This document shows positions 51,046 through 61,829 of a DNA stretch of 64,000 nucleotides, in pieces. The notes beneath the pieces are model-generated. The model had not been told where the DNA came from. It did not search any database and was given only the letters and a program-made list of their open reading frames with translations. Numbering within the stretch: position 1 is the stretch's first letter; every line of letters begins with the position of its first letter. A program made the position numbers and the translations under genes. This DNA is from Lingula anatina (lineage: Eukaryota > Animalia > Brachiopoda), in NCBI GenBank assembly GCA_051362555.1, contig CM120646.1, forward strand, positions 11,470,001-11,534,000, given 5' to 3'.

Positions 51046-53519
51046 ATGGTTCAGGCAATTTTACTACTGGTGATTTTGAATTGTTGGTTGGGTCCAGGTG
51101 AGCTGAATTTAGATTTTTTCAACTGCCAGAGTGCACAAAGGTCGTATAATCGTCTTGGGACCGAGGCTAATGATAGTTACACTGTTCCTTTGGCTGAAAA
51201 TAGTACATTTAAACTGTACTGGGACCAGGATCTCAGATTAATAATGGTCGCTTTTCTTCAGCACACAGGTACTGGTACAATGTAGAGCATGTAAATTCAT
51301 GTCATGAATTAGCTAGAGACATATGTGGATATACATGTATAGTGAAACCCCCATTTGTGACCCTGGTAGAGGGTAGCGTACATAACCCAGTTGTTAGCGT
51401 TTATAAGCGTACAATACTGTAACCTCGGCTGGATGCGATATGACGTCCTTGACCCCATTTCCAGAGATTAGATCGATCCAAACATTTAAGCCGGATTATC
51501 GGACAGTAATCTAGTGAGATTCCCCGCGGGGATAGATCGATCTAAAAGCTCTGGGAATACGCCCTTTGCTAAGATCACGACGAATAATTGTGTGGTCACA
51601 TGCTAATTGGGACGCGTAATGATTGGTCAAGATGATGCAACAAGTGCGGTAGAAGCACAAGTGGCTGTTATAACGGCACCTGGGCGACTCCTACTTATTA
51701 TTTCGCGTCATAAAGGGGATTGCGTCTAAGGCCACAATCTTGTATAAAATTGACATTAAATTGTAATCAAAACAGGGGCGGCATTACCCACCGTAAAACA
51801 GTGTCCGAAAAATTGATTAAAGAAAATACCGATCAAAATAATATTATTATTATTATTATATTAATATAATGTCTTAAAAGAAATTATGCATCACTGTTTA
51901 AGATGCACACTCGCTTTAAACACACGCACACGCACCCACACGGTTAAATTTCCATGCGATAATTTACGATTTCAAACGTGACACCCATGACAACTATTGA
52001 AGGTTTTATGTAACAGGGCTGATGAAGGTTGAAATATTGTGAACTCCGTTTCAAAACGTACATGAAAGCTATAGTATAAGAGAGAATTTCATTTTTAACA
52101 TTATCTTAATTTAAAACAACTGGATGAATCAAAACATTCACTCTGATATCAAAACTTGTTTCCAGCGGTTTTGTCTTCAGTGGCTTTGGAAGAACCCACA
52201 GACATAAATACCGTGTTTGTGCCTGTGAATGGAACTGCCAAACTTCAATGGTCACTGTTTATTGGGGAAAATGCAGGCAGGTCGTCGGCGAACGTCATGA
52301 TCAAAAAGAATAATTCTCTGCTTTGTCAGTGGGTTAAGGCACACTGGGAGGTAAACCAATGTGACCCAGGAATGAACTTAACAATCAGACCAGAACATGT
52401 GCGTGTACCAGGCCCAACCAACATTACTGCCACGTTTTCCTTTAGAAACAAAAGGCGCCTCGATGATGGGACCTACGAGTGCCGTTTTGTGATTGACGAA
52501 AAATGGGACGAAATTCAAATACTACGGAAACAGTTAGAAACAACGGGTAGGTTTTGTAGCAAGGTTATTACCTACAACTATGTGTAATTCTCGTTGCTGT
52601 TTTTCTGTTGAAAATATTGTGGCAATATATTTATATAACCCATGCTGAAATCAACATCGAAACAAATTTTACATCTGTTGATTTATTCATTTAACAAACC
52701 GACTGACCTTTACAAAAATATTTATCCCTTAAGTTAGTTTTTATTCAAACATCTTTTTCCTTTATTACGGAATGCTTTCGGATTTATCAAATAAATGGGA
52801 TTGCTAGAGTGGCATTTTTAAAACTTTGGACCTTATCTTTTCTCCTTAGCTGACCCAAATGTTACTATGATTGCGACTTACAACGACTCATCCAACACTA
52901 CCATTACGTGCTTTGTCAGTGGCGGCCGACCAAAACCTGTTGAAACGATCCTCTTGCTAAATGGAACCGAAATATCACGCTCTGCTCTCACATGCCAAGA
53001 GTGCACATACTGCCCCTATAATTCGAAGTGCTCTTCAATCCATTCCGTAGAAAAGTTTACCGGTATATACAAGTGCAGAGTGAAACTTGTCGAATACGTC
53101 GTTGACAGTGCCGAAGTGGACATCCCATTTACAACAAAAGATACCCGTAAGTAGTCCACTTTCAACAGATGACTTACAGAAATTTCTGTGATGATAATCA
53201 AAATCCCTCTCTCTCTCTTCTCTCGAAACTTATACCGATTTCTTTATAAATGTTTTTCATTTTCAAGAGCAACTCCTCACTGTTTTATTTATTTATTAGT
53301 TAATTTATTTATTTGTTTATTTAGTGTATCCAATATCATTTCCTTTAATTTTTCTTAATTATATTCAAACGACAGACAACCAAACAAGTGCTGTGAGAAA
53401 TGTCGGCGTGAATGTCGTGCAGACTGTAATAGCGGTATTATCAGTTCATGTTTTTGGACTGATAATAACTGTTGTACTGGTATATCGAGTTTGGAATCCT
53501 GTGAAAACCCCCAGTAAGT

Positions 53520-53554
<35 letters not shown>

Positions 53555-53999
53555 GGCAATTTTTGTACACCCTATAGGCCTACATCTGTATCAGTGTGAC
53601 TCGTTTACCTAATCCAGACAAAGCTACTTTAATAAGACTATTTAACTATACAAAAACTTTTGCCCATTTCTGTGGAAAAAAAGCTAAATTGTATCTTAAA
53701 GTGTTGTTATTTACAGGTTTTGTATGTGACTTTAATCTTTTGTTTGAATTCATAAATGTTTCCCACTTCTTTTGCACGACGTTTGTTTTATACTTCCAGC
53801 TAACGATGTTATACACCAGGCAGAAGAAGAAACGGAACACTGTGTAGCCCATTACACAGACTCCTCTGGTTCAGTGGAGATTGTCGCGCCTGCCGAAAAT
53901 GAAAACGAACCTTGCGTTTCCCAAAATCAGGCCCGTCTCACAGAAAATTTAAAGTCCTCTTCTGTGGCTAAAATGTTATTTAGTAAATTTACTGCGTGA
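51046..53999 (+). CDS. IgSF receptor gene E (~355 aa): exons 51046-51097 (signal), 52166-52546 (V-like), 52850-53146 (C2-like), 53376-53513 (TM), 53800-53999 (cytoplasmic)
   Basis: Signal MVQAILLLVILNCWLGP|AVLS. All introns phase 1 GT-AG, 1068 nt open to TGA. V has DDGTYEC. C2 has TCFVSGGRPKP..YKCRV. TM VVQTVIAVLSVHVFGLIITVVLVY. Confidence 0.88.
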
Positions 54000-56900
54000 C
54001 TTATTGAGTTGTTTTTCACAACAAATTAAAAAGCCAAGTTTTATCTATCTGAATTTCAGCAACTATCTAGAAATATTAGCTTACTTATAATTGGGAGCTG
54101 CTTAAATCAATATAAATCAGCAAAAACCCATCTAAAACTCATCTTGGAAATTAAGATAACTAAAAAAATTTTTTTTCCTTTTTTTGTCCGCTTGATGTCT
54201 GATGGTGACGTCCCAATACAAGATGATATTTTGTCATTACTTTAATTAATCTTGAATCCATTAGTACCGAGGATAAACTATCGAATTAAGTTAACAACAA
54301 ACTTAGTTTTCATTTTGCCTGGTTGTATTGTGTATAAATGATCATTCACGCCCCAGAGACGCAATTGCTATATATTTGAATATTCTCACGCACGAGGGAT
54401 AGGCGGCAAATATAAGATTTTCGATTGTTTGTGAAACAAACTCGGTCAGTAACAGAGTACATGTAGGCTTTGGTTTACCTTTGTGAAACTGGGGCCAGTC
54501 TCATTACGGCAGTCGGATGAAAAGATTAAAAAAAATTAGATTTGTCTTTATATTAAAACGTAAGAATTATTTATTATAGTTTGTAAGTCCTTGCTCTATT
54601 GGGCAATTTTATTTTTTTATGAAAATCGTTATAATGTTTTTATATAAAATATGTCTTTATATAGAATCTTTTGAGTAAGGTGATTTTATAAAACTAGAAT
54701 CGAAAATAGTAATTTCTTGAAACTCGTTGTCCTCCAAATATATCAATTTCCCACATTGCCTGGTACATGTATGCGTCATCGCCTGATGATAAAAATCGAT
54801 ACCAGCAATGATGCCCATATTGAAAGTAATTGAAAACAGACATACAATAATGATAAGGCAAATATTAAAATGACAATGGCGGTTTACATTATCTGTCATG
54901 AAATATTAAACATTGAATGACGCTTCATATCAACAAGAGTCCAGGTCAACATGATTAACAACGCCGAGAACGGACAGTATAGACACAAAAGATAAAGTTT
55001 GCCATAAAAGCACGATCCATATTTGGTTGATATATTAGTGTAAAAACGGGTCACACTGTGTGTGCGCATTGATCCAGATACGGTGTGAAGTTTTTCTATT
55101 GATCTTAGCTATGAAGATAAAATGTTAGCTGGCTGCAGTGTTTGCTTTCATGCGATATCAGCTGATTCAACTGTGCGACATATTTATCCAAAATGATATC
55201 AAAACTGACACTACGCGATACTATTTACCTTTACTGTGATCTAATGGCATTTTTTTTTTTTTTGCCATTTTATGAGTTATTGTGTCGCATGTGACAAGAT
55301 TGATTATACATATTTCAATGTATTGCGTATAGAAACATCAATATTATTTGTTTCTTATTGTTAATGTCTTCGTGTAAAAGACGTCAGCTAAATTTTTACG
55401 CTCTGCAGTAGCAGACGATGTTTTTAGTTAGGCTCTACGGTATTACTGTATTTGTATGGGGAAAATATATGCTGGTAATAATCCTTTCAAGCTCGTAAGG
55501 ACTCAAAGGGTGAACAAGCTGCCAAAAACCGTGCATTCCCATGGTTCATTTTTATTTTCATTCAATCTTTGTGTGGTTAAGAGCACAAATGTTTGAATGG
55601 GTACTTTTGACCTATACCCTGTTTGTTTCTCTTTCATTGCATGAATGCATAATCAACAATGATGTACTCGAATGGAATTTCCAGACTCTTTGTCCCTTTA
55701 TTTTCATTTGAAGGTGAATAACAAGTAATGACAGTCTATTTTTGATCTGGTGGAATTTCCATAGTAAGTTGGGTTTTTCCGTTGTGGTAGTTGCGTATGC
55801 CGAAGTTGCACATCTACCGCATGGGTCCGCCTTATTGGTACATATTTATTGACATCTTATTTTAGTTAAATCTAAAAATAAACATCACATAAAGAGGCAC
55901 ATTTTTACAAGCTATTTCGATAACTCAATTTTATTGAGGAAACAAAAGCGAAAGAAGCACGGTTGTCGCTTTTTTAAACCAGGCAATTTTTCATAATAAT
56001 TCCTTAATTTTTCCAAAATAAAATTCTACTTACCTTTAGCGGGGGATGCAGTTTTATTATAATCCACCTGAGCTTCATTGCAGAAGGTTATCTTCTTTGC
56101 CGCCTTCTCGATTCCCATGTCTCTAATGTTGCGGATTCGTTTCAGTTGAATGTCGCTTGCAATTACTGCAGCAGCTCCACGAAATTTTGCATATCCATAT
56201 CCATATTGTTTGGTGAATTTTGATTTTCCTCCGGTCCCTTTAATTGCACTAGTAGATTTTGAATTCAGGTGATTTTATTTTGTTGATTAAAACTACGGTC
56301 AGCTGAAAAGAATTAATGTTTAAATATCAAAATACATGTACAGTAAAATCTTAAAATAATATTGCATTAATTACACTCATTACATTATACAAGAATTAAA
56401 CTGATTACTGAGCATAAACTTATTACTTGTTTGTTAAGTCTTATATTATCTGCAAAGCTTAGTAAGCCACGTCACACACTAGAAGGTGCTCTTGATACTG
56501 CAGATGTAAGAGTGAATAATGGTAACAGTTATAGTGCAGGTTAGAGTTCACTTGATATAGGTCATATGTCATGATCCTTTCCTATTATAATTCATGAAAT
56601 CAGTCATTCGGTTACGTCGCACACACACACGAGCGCGCGCGCCTGCGCGTATAGCTAATATTTAACAAAATTGGGACATTTTAAAACAATACCAGAACAG
56701 TGGGTACCGGAGCTCGCGCCATTGTTTCATTGTTTAAAAGTCGATCGTCTCTGGGCGAATACGCAGTGTCCTTGTGTGCCCCACAAAGCATGTCTGAAAC
56801 CGTATAAAATATAAAAAAATGTAGACGGCCCAGTTCACCATAAAGACTTTCGATTTTTTTTCTTTTGTGAGGCAGTTGAGTATGTGAAGTTCAACAACTG

Positions 56901-58330
56901 CCACTACTGTGCTATCCAATATTTGAATAAAAGAACTTGATTTTTTTAATTCAGTATTTTTAGTAACAATGCTTAATAAATCAGATCAGATAGCAACAAC
57001 AAAATGATAATTTTTAGCTAAATTTCCAAGAGCGGAGTTTTAACAATACAAACATGAATAATTTTTAAAAATATAAATGAAAATTAATGAGTATAAAACA
57101 GATTGAAAGCAATGTAGACTAATATCTCAAAAGGACTTCATTTAAAAGGATATACTTTACAAAAGAAGTTTATAAACTTTCTACTATTTGACCGAGATGC
57201 CAAGCATATGACAAAGCGACTGTAATATTCTGGGTGTTTATTAGAAGTCATATTATATTTTGTAAACAGTAGGTGTGGCCGTCTTAATGGCTACAAAACT
57301 GCAATCATTTTAGGGTTGCTACTTTTCGCTTGCGTGAAAATAAATAAAATAAAATAAAAACTGGCCACGAAACTTGCACCACGCACATTTGAAGCATTCA
57401 GTTAGATGGTAATTCCACCTTTGATCCCTTTTTACTGCAATCTTTGAATTATTTTAATCGTCCTACATCCGATTCCCCATGCATGTTTGTAAGTTAATCA
57501 AGGATAGGAGAACTGCATGTAAAAACCTATCTATAATTGAACAGTTCTGAAGACATGAAATAGACCATATTTAGTATCATGTATAACAAAAATTAAGACC
57601 AGTAGTCGGACTTAGTTACATGTGGAAGAACGGGCTATTATATCTGCACTTTTAGTGTGTCGCATGTACTAGATCGGTTATATATTTGAATGTCTAGATT
57701 ATACTTCAATGATCAAGGTCCGTTTCGTGTGGTATATGTATTTGTGTAGAAAACCAGAGGCCTTATATGTAAGCACTAGCCGACGTTATCGTAAGCCAGA
57801 CCCTTTATCAAGTCATTATTTGTATGGTATATATGTTAACCAATAAAGCAAATTGATTTCAAAAATAGGTCATTCAAGTTAGCACAATTGCCCCTGATGT
57901 CAACAAGGTCAACATACTGTGAGAAATAATGCAATGCAGTGTCAGGGTTCACTTTAATTCAAAGTTTTTTTTTTTTTTGCTTCTCTTTCGCATTCCATTA
58001 TTCTCATTGCACGCATACACAGTTAACAGTCAACGTGGGGTTTACATTCTGTCTTTTTATATGAAATGTTGACAAAGGTTATTTTTAGCTCTGCCGAAGA
58101 TAAAAAACAATTTGAATTTCAGATTGGTAGCAGTCCAATGGATCCATTCCAATTTAGTGTAACACATACTGTCTAGCGTCCTACATATGTGTCACCAACC
58201 TTACAGAATTAATGTAGGTGCTTCAGTTGTTCCCCTTCGCAGTTTTTACATCCACTAGGTTTCTCTCAACGACAGGAGCTACATTACAATTTTAAGGTAC
58301 TGGGGTCAGACGGTACGGCATAATTGTGAC

Positions 58331-58598
58331 CTGGAGCGGATCCAGGATTATTTAAAGGTAAGGAGGGTGTCCGTGGATGTGAAGTCGACCCTCTCCCCCC
58401 TTGTCGGGGGTTTGGGGCCCGCTTAAGGACCCCGAAAAAATTGGTATTTTAGAGTGCAAAGAGTGCCATTTGGTACGGTTTAGAACTATGATTCAGCTAG
58501 TCAAAATTCTAATTTCAAGGGGACCATTGGCGTGATTTTTTAAGAAATTGAAGGGGGGGGGGGGCAGGACCGCTGACACCCCCCTAAATCCGCCACTG
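58331..58598. mobile_element. Small hAT-like MITE in the gene F upstream region
   Basis: Imperfect TIR CTGGAGCGGATCCAGG / CCTAAATCCGCCACTG, degenerate 8-bp flanking repeat ATTGTGAC/TTTGTCAC, absent from the homologous gene E upstream region. Confidence 0.6.
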
Positions 58599-58763
58599 TT
58601 TGTCACCTACATGCATTTACATGTACATGTAGCACTGTACAAGGGCCACGTAAATGTGGGGAATCACCCCCGTCATCGCTATATTTAATTGGGTTATTTT
58701 CTTAAGTTTCGGTATCATTATAAAATCGGAACATGTTTTCAAGTGAGAGGGTAACTGGACAGG

Positions 58764-58815
58764 ATGGGTCAAACAGTATTACTACTGGTGATTTTGAATT
58801 GTTGGTTGAGTCAAG
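58764..58815 (+). CDS. Signal-peptide exon of a further paralog (gene F, E-type); remaining exons not in the window
   Basis: ATG..MGQTVLLLVILNCWLSQ G|gtaagc, 52 nt, same length and phase as gene E exon 1. Flanks 58110-58980 are homologous to 50680-51270. Confidence 0.75.
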
Positions 58816-59399
58816 GTAAGCTTAATTTTGATTTTCAACCGCCAGATTGCACAAAGATCGTAATCGGCTAGGGACCAATGTCTTTGATCGTTACACCGTT
58901 CGTTTGAGAGAAAATGACAGATATAAAAAATCCTGTACCAGGGTGGCAGTTTAAGGATGTATTTTTTTCTGCAGCACACCTAAATTGCAATGTAATAATC
59001 GGTTTTGATTTTCACAGAGATTTTTGGTTTTCACAGAGGCATTTTACTTTTCCGTCATTTTAAATAGTTTGTTATAGGCCCGTATTCCAGAATCTCCCTT
59101 TACCGTTAAGGGAGAGTTAAAGTCGACCTTATATGAAATTTGTATTCCAAGACCCTTCTTTATCTAACTTGAAAGGAATCACTTAACAATCATCCTTACC
59201 AAAGGAATCGGTCATTTCTAGAATCTGCCTTTGCTTTAAGATTTCCTTTATTTTCGGCTGAGGATTCCTTAAAATGTAAGGTCTGGAGTAACTTTTAGTC
59301 TTCCTTAAGCAGCATTCGTGTACAGTTCTCTTGTGAAAATCAGCTCCATGGTGGACTATGTAAACCAACATGCCTACCTAAATTCAAAATCATTAAATT

Positions 59400-59620
59400 C
59401 AACTAGAAAAGCCCTCCGAGAGTGGGGACCTCCGCCAAGGCAGCAAAGTCTCCACCCAATTTTTATTCTATAATGATTTAGTTTTTTGATTTTCGATTAT
59501 TGATTGATTATTGATCCGGATCACCACCAAAAACTAATAATCTGTTCCTTGGCCCACTTGTGACAGATCCTGAAAATTTCATCACAATCGGGCCATAACT
59601 TTTTGAGTTATGGCCCGATT
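59400..59620 (+). mobile_element. Probable 5' fragment of another HINE/pearl-like element
   Basis: AACTAG start, then GATCCGGATCACCACCAAAA..AAATTTCATCACAATCGG..ATAACTTTTTGAGTTAT, resembling repeat units of such elements. 3' end not found. Confidence 0.4.
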
Positions 59621-61106
59621 AGAAATTCATATTAACTGCTTTGAATATTTTTACAGCTTTTTATAGAAATTCATATTAACTGCTTTGAATATTTTTACAG
59701 CTTTTTATATATTGTTGGATCTTTGGCAAAATTAGTAATAGGCACTGGTCCCTCAAAACAAAAGAGAATATCATGTTTACATTCTTTATTCAATATATAT
59801 AAATGTATGTACATATTCCACAGTATGGTATGCAACCAGCTTACTAGAGAATTGTTTTATAGATTTTTGAAAATTTAATGGTGTTGCTACTGCTTTTTAA
59901 TTATAAGTTCTGTAAGTTATCACAAGTATCCAATATGTCTTGTCAAGCTGTGGCGTCACTGTCTTTTTCTTGTGTGAGTTCGAACTCCTGCCAGAATGAG
60001 TGGCTCGAACCTCCCTTGGCCAGACCGTGTCCATTGTCAGCATACTGCTTTAGTCACTTAATAATTGAAGAATTTCAGACAAAAGTCTTTTGCACATTGT
60101 TCAACTTTACTGTGATAAGTCTTTTGCACATTGTTCAACTTTACTGTGATGGCCTTCTTAACCTCCGTCTGAGTTGTGTTGAACCATTTGCGGATGTATT
60201 CTGAAAGTTAGACATTGTGAATTTCAATTAATTGTACATGTCTACAAAAATGCAAAATGATGAAGGAAAAATTTTCTAATGAGATCAATAATATTCATTG
60301 CACCAATTCTATTTTGAGCAATTCATAGCCTTTATTAGTTAACTGAATTTTTTTCAAAGACAAGGTATTAAAGCTGGATAATTTGTAAAAATATATATAT
60401 ATATAAAGAACATGAACATATTTCATAGGACCAAGTCCACAGGAACAATCAGAAATGTATTTTAAAAGGCAGACATTCGCAGAGTAGAAAACCATTACAG
60501 AGCTGCCAGGGCCAAAAATGTCCCAAAAACTATATGAAAACTCATTTCCGAGGGTAAACAGTAATTCCCTATTCTCACCAGTCTTTGCTTGACCTAAATC
60601 ATCAGTCCAAACCACAAAAAAGCAATCCCCAAGTTAAAATTTATAGCTTTTGTGTAAGCAAAATAGTCAGATTTTCACAATGCACATTTCATTTCCATTA
60701 TGTATAGGTTAGCAAAAAATATTTTTAAACAAACTATGGTGTTTACCTCACATTAAGGGTTGAAAAGAAATTAAAGGGAAAGAAAACTTGGCAAATAAAC
60801 GATCCTGAAGAACGTGTGAGGTAATGAAATTTGCCCTGACAGCCCCTCTAACATGTTAATTGTATGTTATTTATTAGCATGGGTCTTCCTCAGTTATATA
60901 TCATGATGGTCCCTTGGAGGCAGTTGTGGATAACATTAAATAGATAATTTTTAATAAATCACAAACCAAAAGTTAAATGAAATGTCATTTTTTTAGATTC
61001 AACTGCATTTAAAGAAATATGAACAATTGATCACAGTTTAATAAGAAATAAAGAGACTAAACAATGATTGCATTATGTATCCTTGTTTCTTGTAACTTGT
61101 TTAATG

Positions 61107-61107
<1 letters not shown>

Positions 61108-61168
<61 letters not shown>
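61108..61168. repeat. (TA)n microsatellite
   Basis: Direct reading. Confidence 0.95.
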
Positions 61169-61172
<4 letters not shown>

Positions 61173-61829
61173 TTAACAAGGTACACTACAAATTAGATCA
61201 ATTAATTATCTCATATTCAATTTGATTAGATGCCCAAATGATCCAATGCATTACTGTAATACATACCTTCCTCAATCCGATTTTTCTACACTCTGTACCC
61301 TTCCACTATGCTCCTGAATTTAAACTGTCTTGATAGCTGTATACTAATTTGCTGTTTGTCTCATATAAACAAAGACTTAGACAGGATACCACACATCTGA
61401 TAACACCTAATAGGCGGTTACTGTTACTAGTGTAACAATAGCTACAGGAGTAGTGACCTAATAATAGGTGCCAGGCTAACAAAAGAAATTCACAGTTGTT
61501 GAATCTGTGGTTATGGCTGGTGGAGTAGGGCATTCTCTAGCTAACATCAGTTGACTGTTAAACCTTATAAGTGATTGAGCATGGTTTATAATAAAATGTA
61601 TCTTTATATTATTTTAATTTGTCCCCGTTTCCCATCCTTTATGAGGGACAGTACTATACCCATAATGTTCACTTATACTTTTACATTACATTTTATATAT
61701 TAGGCAGGATTGCACTTTCACTTTTTAAAACAGCCAAGGTCAAGTAAAATCCGATTAGATAAGGTTGACGTTCAATATAATAGAAGAAATATGAAGTAAG
61801 TAAATATGATCACACAAAAAGTAAAAATA

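Larger units (their letters stand above)
40170..56306 (+). repeat. Segmental duplication unit 2 (genes D + E)
   Basis: Collinear with unit 1 and holds the empty sites for several unit-1 insertions. Confidence 0.9.

Noticed and set aside
1675-52546. V(D)J-type rearranging locus
   Set aside because: Each V exon ends in an ordinary splice donor and has its own C2/TM exons. I saw no heptamer/nonamer signals next to the V exons and no RAG-like ORF.
17325-53999. Intact canonical ITIM or ITAM in the tails
   Set aside because: No tail fully matches (I/V/L/S)xYxx(I/V/L) or a double YxxL/I; only near-matches, reported as such.
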